From NCBI GenBank assembly GCA_964392905.1, contig CAYMRK010000001.1, positions 1 to 29,601 of the forward strand: a stretch of 29,601 nucleotides of DNA. Reading direction: 5' to 3'. The stretch is from an uncultured Candidatus Saccharibacteria bacterium. Its GTDB lineage: Bacteria > Patescibacteriota > Minisyncoccia > UBA6257 > Colwellbacteraceae. The notes under the pieces are model-generated. The model was not told where the DNA came from. It saw nothing but the letters and a program-made list of their open reading frames with translations, and made no database searches. Shown here one piece after another: positions 10,337-18,851 of the stretch. Position numbers and translations under genes: made by a program. Each line of letters opens with the position of its first letter. The first letter of the stretch is position 1.

Positions 10337-10921
10337 TTAGTACCTCGGTATCCGGGGACTCACGTGGGTCGAAAGCTTCAGAGACCCCAGCATAGTCTTT
10401 CGTTTCTGACGGAGATCCCAAGCCTTAGCAGCAGCTTCAGCCATTAGGATATCTCTCTGGATAACATTGGCGTCTGCTCCGGCCTCTGATTTCATCTCAA
10501 GCTTAAACGCAAGTCTAGCTTTATGAAGCACAAGCATCTGCAGACACCCCGGTAGCTGCGACCAAGAGAAACCAAGAACAACGTACAGGCTCACACTGGA
10601 CTCGAAGGTTTTCTCCATAGTAGCAAGGTCAATCAGTCGGTTGTCACTATCGACCATAACCTCATCGTCACCTTGAGGAACAAAGACGTCAATAGTATTT
10701 CCAGGGACTACTATTGTACCATCGGTCTCTGGGCTAAGTGTCATGTACCGAGTGTTGAAGTTCCACCCAGGAACTAGGGTATCAAGGATCACTTGCCTCA
10801 AGACCGAACGGGCTATCGTGCCCTCTGCGTATACATCCAGATCATCAACCGAAGCTATAGGTGCCAAACGAATACCAAGGAGCATTCGGTTGATTACCTC
10901 AAGTTCTGTTAAGCGTTCCAT
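10337..10921 (-). CDS. gp11: Tail tubular protein A (gatekeeper), 194 aa
   Basis: TELEVINRML...PI and GWNFNT motifs; follows the capsid gene; RBS TAAGGAG upstream. Confidence 0.9.
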   Translation of the reverse strand: MERLTELEVINRMLLGIRLAPIASVDDLDVYAEGTIARSVLRQVILDTLVPGWNFNTRYMTLSPETDGTIVVPGNTIDVFVPQGDDEVMVDSDNRLIDLATMEKTFESSVSLYVVLGFSWSQLPGCLQMLVLHKARLAFKLEMKSEAGADANVIQRDILMAEAAAKAWDLRQKRKTMLGSLKLSTHVSPRIPRY

Positions 10922-10946
10922 AGTTACTCCTTAAGTATTAAATCGG

Positions 10947-11030
10947 TGGACAGAGGAGGATTTGAACCCCCGTGGATTATTAGTCTTCAGGTTTACAGCC
11001 TGATGTCTTCAACCGCTCGACCATCTGTCC
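10947..11030 (-). tRNA. tRNA-Tyr (anticodon GUA), long variable arm, CCA not encoded
   Basis: Minus strand GGACAGA...TCTGTCCA forms a 7-bp acceptor stem with A73. Anticodon arm TCAGG-CTGTAAA-CCTGA. T-arm GGGGG-TTCAAAT-CCTCC. D-loop contains GG. G1:C72/A73 is bacterial Tyr identity. The 3' end reads ACCG, not ACCA. Confidence 0.93.
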
Positions 11031-11064
11031 AAAGTTAAATGGGGGCATCCCAAAGGACACCCCC
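11031..11064 (-). terminator. Hairpin terminator after major capsid gene (T7 Tphi-equivalent position)
   Basis: GGGGGTGTCC-TTTG-GGATGCCCCC forms a 10-bp stem (2 G-U pairs), followed by an imperfect U-tract ATTTAACTTT. It starts about 10 nt after the capsid stop. Confidence 0.75.
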
Positions 11065-11073
11065 AAAGAAAGC

Positions 11074-12138
11074 TTAGTTGCTAAGCGAATCCAGAGTCAG
11101 CTCGATGGCACACTCAGGTCTAAGGACACCGCCGCCCACCAGCATATAGCTGACGTTCAGCTGACCAAGGTGCGTCAGTTCTTCTGACATCTTAGTAGCA
11201 AGCCCCTGCTTCACTACGTTACCAACGCACTCAGGAGTCCAGATGACACCAATGGTCTTGGAGGCATCGACAGTGTGGTTGGTGTGAACCGGAGAAGTAC
11301 TCAGGGTATTCGGGGTACCACCTGAGGCGTCACCAGTTGCAGTAAGGTTAGAGCTGGGCACCATATTGGACTTGCCAATGTTGATACCACCAATAGGCGG
11401 CAGAGTGGCATTGTTGATGTCAGCACGCAGTGACATATAGTCAGCGTTGCTGAGAGCAAAACCATTCTCCATCACAGCACGAACCAGAAGGTTGTAGTGA
11501 TAGGGGCGCAGGGCCATGTGGCGATTCATATAAGGAACCTTCTTGGTGTCGAAGATATCGACAGCCGCAAAGATCGCCTGAAAGAGAGCCATAGCCACTT
11601 CGCCTTCAGTAGCTGCACCACCAGCGCCAATCTTGAAGCTATCAGATACAATCTGTGAGCCCCCGTCGGTTTCGCCAGCGATAAGCGCGGCGCTTCTGGC
11701 GGCCTTGATGATCTCTGCGAAGTTCATGGTGTCTTTGGTTTCGGCGAGAACCTGAGCTGCACCACGTGCATAATCCTGACGGAAATCAAGGTGGCCAATG
11801 AGATCATACTCAAGAGGGAAGAAGAGAGCAGCGTAGATGATATCATCAATGGTGATGGTGCGCTCTGCCTGCTTGGTAGAGTTGATGGTGATAGGAGTGC
11901 CGGCCTTATGGAAGCCCCCCTGAACAACGCCAGTATGCGGGAACTGTGCGCTGGTACCTTCACCAATAGTAATACTGCGAACCTTGCCCTCTGTGAAAAT
12001 CATGTCATAGAAGATGTTCATGATTTCGCCAGCGAACAGCTTAAGACCAAGCGCTCGACGATCGGCTTCTGTGGTCTCTACGCCCAGGCTAGCAAGTGGG
12101 ATAATGCTTGTGAAATCCCCAGATGGAAACGTAGTCAT
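11074..12138 (-). CDS. gp10: Major capsid protein, 354 aa
   Basis: ALGLKLFAGEI, RSITIGEGTSAQFP, ERTITIDD and C-terminal GGGVLRPECAIEL are gp10A hallmarks. Confidence 0.95.
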   Translation of the reverse strand: MTTFPSGDFTSIIPLASLGVETTEADRRALGLKLFAGEIMNIFYDMIFTEGKVRSITIGEGTSAQFPHTGVVQGGFHKAGTPITINSTKQAERTITIDDIIYAALFFPLEYDLIGHLDFRQDYARGAAQVLAETKDTMNFAEIIKAARSAALIAGETDGGSQIVSDSFKIGAGGAATEGEVAMALFQAIFAAVDIFDTKKVPYMNRHMALRPYHYNLLVRAVMENGFALSNADYMSLRADINNATLPPIGGINIGKSNMVPSSNLTATGDASGGTPNTLSTSPVHTNHTVDASKTIGVIWTPECVGNVVKQGLATKMSEELTHLGQLNVSYMLVGGGVLRPECAIELTLDSLSN

Positions 12139-12152
12139 CGTTTATTCCTTTG

Positions 12153-12848
12153 TTAAAACTTAGACAGTGCAACACGCTTGTATACTTCAGCAGTATACGC
12201 GGGATCTACACCATAACGCTTGTCCTTTTGCGCTGCCATCTGCTCACGGAAGGAGGCAAAAGGAACTATAGCTGCTGGTGCTGGAGCCCGAGGTGCTACG
12301 GGAGCTGTGGGAAGCTGTGTGGCCGCTGCTTTTTCAGCCTTGGTTGAACCGTTTACCGCAGTAAACCTGTCCTTCAGGGATCTAATAGCAGCAAGGGCCT
12401 CATCCTTGGTTCCACTTACCAAGGCAGCGTTGAATTTTTCAGCATCTTCAGAGCTGTAGGAAGTTCGCGCCCAGCCGATCATCTCAGCGTAGGCGTCCTG
12501 TCCCCCAGCTACAGACAGAATCTCGTTGTTACGTGTGGCCTGTCGAGACCTCATGCCTTCATAGGTGAGTTCGACCACTTCAAGAGGCGCTCCAAGTTTC
12601 TCTGCAAGAGCTTTGAGGGAATCCCCTGAGAGTTCTCCTTTGGTAGCAAGCTCCTCGCTGAAAGGCTTAATGACCTCTGAGAAATCCACAGATTCTGTGG
12701 ACTCAGGAGCTGTTGGAGCCTCTGGTACCACTGCTGGCTGAACGGCGTCAGTAGAAACAGCTGGAGTAACCGCCGCTTCCGCAGCGTCCACAGTAGCCGG
12801 GGGCGTCTTTTCAAGAGGGACTTTTGCACTGGCGAGTACGTCACTCAT
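12153..12848 (-). CDS. gp9: Capsid assembly scaffolding protein, 231 aa
   Basis: AGGQDAYAEMIGWA and C-terminal D.RYGVDPAYTAEVYKRV match gp9-like scaffolds; lies immediately before capsid. Confidence 0.88.
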   Translation of the reverse strand: MSDVLASAKVPLEKTPPATVDAAEAAVTPAVSTDAVQPAVVPEAPTAPESTESVDFSEVIKPFSEELATKGELSGDSLKALAEKLGAPLEVVELTYEGMRSRQATRNNEILSVAGGQDAYAEMIGWARTSYSSEDAEKFNAALVSGTKDEALAAIRSLKDRFTAVNGSTKAEKAAATQLPTAPVAPRAPAPAAIVPFASFREQMAAQKDKRYGVDPAYTAEVYKRVALSKF

Positions 12849-13160
12849 TTACTTTACCTTTCCGAGGTCAATCTTCAGGGTAACCTGATTGCTATGGTTT
12901 GCCTTACCACCTGTGTTAATCGTGGTATCCTTGGCATTCACTGGGCGAACTTCCATAGTTCCCTCAGCAATGCGCATCTTGATTTTCCCACGCATAGCAA
13001 CAGCCTTAAGCTTATCAATGTCACCCTTCACAGTTGCTGCGGGGGCAGCTTTAACCATAGTGTCATCCATTGGGGCAATAGCATCAGCTGCTGCCAGCAG
13101 AGCATCAGCGTCCTTAGGATCAGCTGCCATTACGTCTTCTACTTTTTTACCACGGGCCAT
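12849..13160 (-). CDS. Hypothetical 103-aa protein between portal and scaffold, in frame with scaffold
   Basis: ATG overlaps the portal stop and has an RBS (AAAGGAG) upstream. Its TAA directly abuts the scaffold ATG. Confidence 0.65.
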   Translation of the reverse strand: MARGKKVEDVMAADPKDADALLAAADAIAPMDDTMVKAAPAATVKGDIDKLKAVAMRGKIKMRIAEGTMEVRPVNAKDTTINTGGKANHSNQVTLKIDLGKVK

Positions 13161-14704
13161 TATCTAGTTACTCCTTTGATTATATCTGGGCCAACTGCGT
13201 TAGCCATGGAATCCATCGCCTGCTGCTGTTGTTCTGCAGCAAGCTCCTCTGGTGTCTTAAAGAGACCAGCGATCTCAAGTCCTCTAAGCATTGCCATCTT
13301 CTTAGCCAGGGCGTCATACTTAATTAAGACAGCCATTTGAGGTACGCTCAGGATATCTCTGAGAAACATCTGCAGGTTATCGAGTTCCAAAGAACGCCCG
13401 AGTCCCTGCAGACCAGTGGTGACTATTGGTAACAGATCGTTAACATTAAGTGCACCATAGTCGCCCTTCTTAAAGAGCGCACGAATCAATAGAAAAGCCA
13501 TGGGCGACTGGATGTTTCTAGCCAGTGTACTGTAGGTACCACCCTTGGACTTCTCAAATTCATTAGCCATCATCCGAATCTCTTCGGCTGTGACACGCTC
13601 GGCTTCACGTCGGATAACCGAGGGCATCATGAAGGTTATGTCCAGCTCACGCTTGATACCCTCAAGGAACTGGATGAAGTTGCTCATGTCGTAGACCTTG
13701 TTAGCTTGGACTACGCCAACGTCTCCAGCTTCACCACTGATGATCTCAGTGTTTTCAGCGTCTGCTACATCCTGAGCCTTGGTCACACCGTTAGGTCTGA
13801 CGGTAAAGATTACTTTGGCTAGAGCCGTAGCGCTGTCTTTAACTATCTGGGTTCCACTCTCGTAGGTACGGATGTCGCCCAAGGACTCTTCTACAGGCCC
13901 ACGACCATAGTCTTCTCCAGCCACAAGTTCCCAATAAGGCACGTGAATCCAGAGACGGTCGTTGTTTTCCTTAATGCTGCTACTAGCGACTTCCGAAGAA
14001 CCAACGAACTTTTCTATAGTCCACTGGTTCCCATTGCGGAAAGCTCTGGTGTAGAGTGTGGTGTAGCCTTGAGCTATCTCCTGTTCACTTAGGGGCGGGA
14101 GCTTCTTTCGTGTCTCATCATCCACAGGGAACGTTTGTCTGAAGACAATCTCAAGCAGGTCACCACTGGCCGACCTAGTACATACCCAATCTTCCATGGG
14201 TATAAGCTCAAGTTTATCATCGACATCCAAGTAACAGGAGTCTCCAGCGACCACGAGCTGCTGAACGATCATCTGTAGTTTTTCCCTGTGTGTCTCAGTG
14301 TCCAACAGTATTGTACTGTTGTTTTCTATAGAGACAAAGGATTCCCTCAGGGCATCGTGCATCGTCTTATCGTTTGTCACCTGTATACCCTTGGACATAT
14401 TCCTAAGGTCTACGCTGGCGAGATCCAATTTGAAGAATGGGATACCCGGAGGAAACAGAATGAGGAGCAACTGTGAAACCAAGTTAGACACGAGACGTGC
14501 ACCATGGCTCTGGTGTGGATGCTCAATAGGCTGACCCGAGGTGTGTCCGCTAGGTGGCACCACTAATGGTTTGGTCAATCTAGAGCATTCCCTAGCTATC
14601 GTGAGTTTCTGCTCTTTGTACGTTCGGAGCTCGTTGAATCTTCTGGCTCCGGGCTGACTCACGTTGAACCCACGGAACTTATTGAAATTAAGGGATTGTT
14701 CCAT
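13160..14704 (-). CDS. gp8: Head-to-tail connector (portal), 514 aa
   Basis: QSHGARLVSNL.S.LLL.LFPP..PFFKL, GEDYGRGPVEE.LGD and RREAERVTAEEIR are canonical gp8 motifs. Confidence 0.96.
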   Translation of the reverse strand: MEQSLNFNKFRGFNVSQPGARRFNELRTYKEQKLTIARECSRLTKPLVVPPSGHTSGQPIEHPHQSHGARLVSNLVSQLLLILFPPGIPFFKLDLASVDLRNMSKGIQVTNDKTMHDALRESFVSIENNSTILLDTETHREKLQMIVQQLVVAGDSCYLDVDDKLELIPMEDWVCTRSASGDLLEIVFRQTFPVDDETRKKLPPLSEQEIAQGYTTLYTRAFRNGNQWTIEKFVGSSEVASSSIKENNDRLWIHVPYWELVAGEDYGRGPVEESLGDIRTYESGTQIVKDSATALAKVIFTVRPNGVTKAQDVADAENTEIISGEAGDVGVVQANKVYDMSNFIQFLEGIKRELDITFMMPSVIRREAERVTAEEIRMMANEFEKSKGGTYSTLARNIQSPMAFLLIRALFKKGDYGALNVNDLLPIVTTGLQGLGRSLELDNLQMFLRDILSVPQMAVLIKYDALAKKMAMLRGLEIAGLFKTPEELAAEQQQQAMDSMANAVGPDIIKGVTR

Positions 14705-14707
14705 AGG

Positions 14708-14992
14708 CTACTTTCCTTTTGGAGCACCGGGTATCAATAGGCCCGGTGAGACGTTAGGAACCGACAGCCCGAGGATCGCTTGGATACTTGGGGTTAAGTT
14801 CCTAGAGAACTGACTTATGTCACTAGAGGTACCCCTGGGTCTGTTGGGTCTCTCCGGTGGTTTTAACACAGGTAACGGGGGGAGCACCTTCTGTTGCGGG
14901 AGGTCTATGGTAGGCAGAGTTACCTTTGGGGTCTTGAAGAGAGACGTAAAGAACTCTCCTACCCCTTTGAATAGGTCTGAAATAAAGGACAT
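14708..14992 (-). CDS. Small virion/tail assembly protein candidate (gp7.3 position), Pro-rich
   Basis: Immediately upstream of portal, with RBS GGAGGAG. Function is inferred from position only. Confidence 0.5.
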   Translation of the reverse strand: MSFISDLFKGVGEFFTSLFKTPKVTLPTIDLPQQKVLPPLPVLKPPERPNRPRGTSSDISQFSRNLTPSIQAILGLSVPNVSPGLLIPGAPKGK

Positions 14993-14995
14993 AAC

Positions 14996-15148
14996 TTAAG
15001 TCTCCTCCATGATACGTTTGATTACAGTTATCACCTCCTGATTGCCGATGTCCTTAAGGACACGTTCAGGACTATAGTCTCTAAAGGACGGGAGTTTATT
15101 AGGGAACACCTGTTCCAAACGTTCCAGAAGTTCTCTTACAGATATCAT
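14996..15148 (-). CDS. 50-aa hypothetical protein (MISVRELLERLEQVFPNKLP...IGNQEVITVIKRIMEET)
   Basis: Hand-translated, below the track threshold. Its 3' end encodes the RBS of the next gene. The LE..FP..LP...G...V pattern recalls small proteins upstream of the portal in T7-like phages. Confidence 0.7.
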   Translation of the reverse strand: MISVRELLERLEQVFPNKLPSFRDYSPERVLKDIGNQEVITVIKRIMEET

Positions 15149-15306
15149 AAGTTACACCTTAGGTTACACTTTAGGTTATCTTTATTTTGTCCCCCCTTAA
15201 GAACTGAGTTCATGTCACAAGTCCTAAAGTCCGCTCTAGATGCACACTCTAGAAGTAACGCTAAGAAGTCACGAGCAGTTTGTTCATCAGCCTTAACCAC
15301 CTGCAT
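15145..15306 (-). CDS. Possible 53-aa ORF (MQVVKADEQTARDFLALLLECASRADF...)
   Basis: GGAG RBS 7 nt before ATG. It overlaps the exonuclease end and couples to the next gene by ATGA. Its 3' half runs through the regulatory repeat, so it may not be a real gene. Confidence 0.35.
   Translation of the reverse strand: MQVVKADEQTARDFLALLLECASRADFRTCDMNSVLKGGQNKDNLKCNLRCNL
15193..15218 (-). promoter_or_regulatory. Candidate phage RNAP promoter/operator, copy A (GTGACATGAACTCAGTTCTTAAGGGG)
   Basis: 22/26 identical to 25628-25653. Ends in TAAGGGG (compare T7 TATAGGG) and sits just upstream of the structural module. Confidence 0.6.
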
Positions 15307-16117
15307 CTTTTATCTCCTGAAGTAATCTCTGGTAGTTCTCTGGGAACTCTGTAGTCCACATTTCACTAGGTACTACAGGCTGCCCATTGATCTTGGCTAG
15401 ACAAAAGGTAGTCTTTAGGTCATCTACAGTAGCTCCGCAACTCTCATAGGTAAAGCGCACGGTGTTCCATAGATCTCTATAGTCAAAACCTTTGACCTCT
15501 ATATGTGTCAGGAGAATCTCTTCGGCCCTTTTACTTCCGATACTAGGGCACCCAGAGAAACCATCGGCCCCATCTCCAACGAGACATTGGTAGAATAGGG
15601 TGGCGTGGGCTGCATTACTATTGATCCACCTGAGTTCTCCAGAGAACGGATGGTAGTTCCATCCGGGTAGCGTATAGAAGTCTTTGTCATTAGACACTAC
15701 ACAGGTACTGCCGTCTTCTTTGTGGTGGTAGCCTATGATATCGTCGGTTTCTAGAGGCCTAATAGAGGAGACCACCAGCAGTTTATCTCTATACTCTTGT
15801 CTAAGCCAAGCCCTTAGAGTCCTGACGATACCTGGGGTCTCATCCCTATGTGCTTTGTACTGGGGGTAGAAGCTATAGCGAAAGCACCGGACACCGGGGT
15901 TCGCCAGCCCAAGTCTGAAGTCAGGAACCCCGGTGTCGTCCAGTAGAAACTGGAGCTTCTGTTGTATGGCGCACTTGGCAGCCTCAAGAGGATCAATAGG
16001 TTCGGCCACTTGTCCATCGAAGTCAACATCAGCTTTGTCGTGGTTCATCAGGCCATACCTATAGACCAAGGTATCACCGTCGATCAAGAGAAGTTCACAG
16101 GGCTTCTTGGGATTCAT
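15293..16117 (-). CDS. gp6: 5'-3' exonuclease (T7 gp6 / FEN-like), 274 aa
   Basis: LLIDGD, YKAHR, ETDDIIG, VSNDKDF and GDGADGFSGCPSIG motifs. Confidence 0.93.
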   Translation of the reverse strand: MNPKKPCELLLIDGDTLVYRYGLMNHDKADVDFDGQVAEPIDPLEAAKCAIQQKLQFLLDDTGVPDFRLGLANPGVRCFRYSFYPQYKAHRDETPGIVRTLRAWLRQEYRDKLLVVSSIRPLETDDIIGYHHKEDGSTCVVSNDKDFYTLPGWNYHPFSGELRWINSNAAHATLFYQCLVGDGADGFSGCPSIGSKRAEEILLTHIEVKGFDYRDLWNTVRFTYESCGATVDDLKTTFCLAKINGQPVVPSEMWTTEFPENYQRLLQEIKDAGG

Positions 16118-16389
16118 AGAGCCTCCTTTGGGCCTACGTATCCCGGAGGGGCGTAGGCTTTAGCTAGGGGACAATCCTCTGGTAGCAGAGGAGTATCCTT
16201 TAGGTGCTCGATAGGTCTCACGCACCAAGGGACACAGTCCCGGTACTTGTACACAGAACAGAGCTTTGTTTGAGTATTTAGGAATACGCAGGGCTTATGC
16301 GTGAAATGTACTACACCCTCTATGTAGACCTTATGGTAGCAGCATCGTCCACACTTTTGACATAGAACTTTAGGGTCTCGCTCGTTCAT
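16114..16389 (-). CDS. YkgJ/YcgN-like cysteine-cluster (CxxCxxCC) protein, about 91 aa
   Basis: CQKCGRCC...PCVFL...LCSVYKYR.C...LLPEDCP. Start moved to MNERD (16389) because of the ATGA overlap with the upstream stop. Confidence 0.75.
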   Translation of the reverse strand: MNERDPKVLCQKCGRCCYHKVYIEGVVHFTHKPCVFLNTQTKLCSVYKYRDCVPWCVRPIEHLKDTPLLPEDCPLAKAYAPPGYVGPKEAL

Positions 16390-16826
16390 AGGTTTCTCCA
16401 GTGGTCTAAGGAAGCCCAGAGCCCATAGTCTATAGGGTCTGGTGTAGACTCCCGCTCCTTTAGGATCTCTTGATGACACTTAAGACAATAGGTATATTCG
16501 TTTTCTTCATCAGAGCATTTGTCTTGATGCTTAATATAATATCTTACTAGTTTTTGCATCTGCTCGATCAGCTTGTCTTTCGCCGCAACCAGCTCGGTGA
16601 TACTCTGCCCCTCCGCACACAGGGAGGCCTGTTCTTCGATCAGGCTATCGTGTGCCCGTTCAAGAATGTCGGTTCTGGCCCGCGCCTCGGCAAGCTCGCG
16701 CTCAAGCTCCCTTGCTAACTTCCAAGCGTACGCCTCAGCCATGTCCTCATATTCAATTCCAGACCTGATAAGATTGTTCACTCTCTCTACTTCTGTATCT
16801 ACTATCGGAGTATCAGTGGGTTTCAC
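16386..16826 (-). CDS. Hypothetical coiled-coil protein, about 146 aa
   Basis: Track ORF 16386-16898. Likely start is GTG at 16826 near the polymerase stop, after an AAGGAAG RBS. Contains a heptad-like LARELERELAEAR segment and CxxC. Confidence 0.6.
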   Translation of the reverse strand: MKPTDTPIVDTEVERVNNLIRSGIEYEDMAEAYAWKLARELERELAEARARTDILERAHDSLIEEQASLCAEGQSITELVAAKDKLIEQMQKLVRYYIKHQDKCSDEENEYTYCLKCHQEILKERESTPDPIDYGLWASLDHWRNL

Positions 16827-18639
16827 TCCAGTTACTTCCTTCCTTAGCGCCTCCAGTAATCGGACAGCGCATCTTATAGTAGTCCGTAGCATGCGCAAAA
16901 GCGTCCTTAACTACGGACTTGAGAACCTTAACATGCTCAGGCCTAACTGCTAGCTGCCACTCATCGTGTACATGAAGCAGCCACTTATAGTCTACCTGAA
17001 GTTCTCTAAGTTTCCAGTCAAGATAGATCTCAGCCCGCTTCATTAGGATAGCTCCGGCTCTCTGGTTAAGCTCGTTAAGAATACTATGTTCTGATCTAAC
17101 TCGGAACATCTGTCCATCCAGATCAAAGAGGAACCCTCGCTTCTTGTTAGTTTCAACTAGAAGCTCCTTGAGTTGTACCAGAGCAGGAAGCCCTTTCTCA
17201 AGACGATTTTTTATCCATCGTCCTTTCTTAAGATTCAAGTTCTTATCCCAGCTCTTAGTAACTATTCGTCCAAGCTTAAGCAGCCCCGCTCCATAGACAT
17301 AAGCATAGAAGATTGTCTTACCGGGATCATCTCTATCGACACCAAGGGCTATAGCATTGCGCCAGTGTATATCATCCTTGTTCTCTTTGGTTCCATGGAT
17401 GGCTGCATGAGCGTAGGCTCCACCATCAAAAGGAAACAAGAAGTGACTCAAGGTTCTAAGTTCCAACTGGTCAGCATCTATGCCTACCATTGTGTAGCCT
17501 TCTGGTGGACTGAAGAGACTTCGGCATTCCTTACCAAGGTAAGCACGAGAACTAGGGACTTGGCCAAGGTTCGGACTATTGTGTGTCTGGCGTCGGGTAC
17601 CAGCGCCACAGCCCTGGACTTGACCGTGGATCTTACCCTCTGGTGTCACGAAGTTTAACCACGACTTTTCACCTGTGCTAACATAGGAGAGAATCTTAGA
17701 GGCCGTCTTGTACTTTCTAATGAGCGCCACTTCGGGCATGGTACCCATGTTCTCTAGGTCTTCTAAGACGTCATCATCCATCTGAGGGTTCCCCTTGTCT
17801 GTGAAGACTTCAGGTTCCCAGCCATACTTCTGGTTTAGACAATGGACTATGTGGTCTGTAGAGTTGGGGTTAAACTCTATGGTCTCCCAGACTTCATACC
17901 AGCCCCCCTTGACTCTCCCAAGTTTCTTGTTGTTAACCTTTGATATCGCACGCTTCTTGAGCTTCTGCCAAGGTGGGAAGCTTTTCTGAAGCTCTACCCT
18001 TAAGGTATCCAACTCATCAGCCAGCTGTACCGCAAGTTTCTCGGCACCTTTGACATCAAAGTTTACCCCTTGTTGCTCTTGTCTCACAAGTATTCCGGCG
18101 ACTTCCATCTCAAGATCAACAGCTGACTCACTTGTTGTCCAGCGTTTTAGTTCCTCATATAGAGCCTGAGTAACTACAGTGTCTTGGTTACAGTAGTCGA
18201 GCATCTCTGGACTGTAGTGTTGCCATGTTTCATCTGGAGCTGTGCCCTTTAGGATACCTAAACGATAGCCCCAAGCCCGGAGGCTATGGCTTCCAATGAG
18301 GTCTGGGGGAGTCGCTCGTCTCCAAGGTGCTTTACTCATGGTAAGCTGATAGACGTCAGCGGTTACCAACTGTGACCAGACCTTAGTATCCAAGGGTAAA
18401 CGCTTTGGTTGGAACCACGGATACAGCTTCTGTATCGCTGGTATATCGAAGGCAATAACATTATGTCCACAGATTCTGCGGTCAGTCTCATGAAGTCTGA
18501 GGAGACCAGCATGTACATCCTCTGGTGCGTAACGAACTGCTGTGTTATCCAGAGGATCACGAATGACTAGACAGTGGATCTTGGTTAGCTGGGGGATAAG
18601 GCCATCAGTTTCTATGTCAAAGATCAGAGGGGTTTCCAT
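16813..18639 (-). CDS. gp5: Family A DNA polymerase with 3'-5' exonuclease (T7 gp5-like)
   Basis: ExoI FDIETDG, ExoII GHNVIAFD, ExoIII YCNQD, motif A DADQLELR, motif B KTIFYAYVYGAG (Tyr at the T7 Y526 position), motif C HVHDEW. Likely start METP (18639) rather than 18687. Confidence 0.96.
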   Translation of the reverse strand: METPLIFDIETDGLIPQLTKIHCLVIRDPLDNTAVRYAPEDVHAGLLRLHETDRRICGHNVIAFDIPAIQKLYPWFQPKRLPLDTKVWSQLVTADVYQLTMSKAPWRRATPPDLIGSHSLRAWGYRLGILKGTAPDETWQHYSPEMLDYCNQDTVVTQALYEELKRWTTSESAVDLEMEVAGILVRQEQQGVNFDVKGAEKLAVQLADELDTLRVELQKSFPPWQKLKKRAISKVNNKKLGRVKGGWYEVWETIEFNPNSTDHIVHCLNQKYGWEPEVFTDKGNPQMDDDVLEDLENMGTMPEVALIRKYKTASKILSYVSTGEKSWLNFVTPEGKIHGQVQGCGAGTRRQTHNSPNLGQVPSSRAYLGKECRSLFSPPEGYTMVGIDADQLELRTLSHFLFPFDGGAYAHAAIHGTKENKDDIHWRNAIALGVDRDDPGKTIFYAYVYGAGLLKLGRIVTKSWDKNLNLKKGRWIKNRLEKGLPALVQLKELLVETNKKRGFLFDLDGQMFRVRSEHSILNELNQRAGAILMKRAEIYLDWKLRELQVDYKWLLHVHDEWQLAVRPEHVKVLKSVVKDAFAHATDYYKMRCPITGGAKEGSNWSETH

Positions 18640-18851
18640 AAGTGACACCACACTTCCCAAGCCCCCCGTGTCCACGGGTGTAACCATGGATTACGCTCGT
18701 GCTTTTCTATCTCTCTAGTAGTGCCTCTCCAGAGTTTTGGATGAGGCGAGTGAGACAACATAAACTCACCTCCACCTCTGGTTAGAACCCATGACTTGAA
18801 GGCTTCAAGCTTAGGGTCAGAAGTCTGAGGGGAAATCTGGAGGCGGCTCAT
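18624..18851 (-). CDS. Hypothetical 75-aa Trp-rich protein
   Basis: AAGGAG RBS upstream; fills the helicase-polymerase gap and overlaps both neighbours. Confidence 0.55.
   Translation of the reverse strand: MSRLQISPQTSDPKLEAFKSWVLTRGGGEFMLSHSPHPKLWRGTTREIEKHERNPWLHPWTRGAWEVWCHLWKPL

Noticed and set aside
10947-11030. tRNA as an attP/att core for integration
   Set aside because: No integrase or duplicated tRNA 3' fragment in the window; it cannot be excluded for the rest of the genome.
11040-11110. T7 gp10A/10B-type frameshift extension of the capsid
   Set aside because: The capsid stop is followed within about 10 nt by the hairpin and tRNA, leaving no room for an extension ORF.
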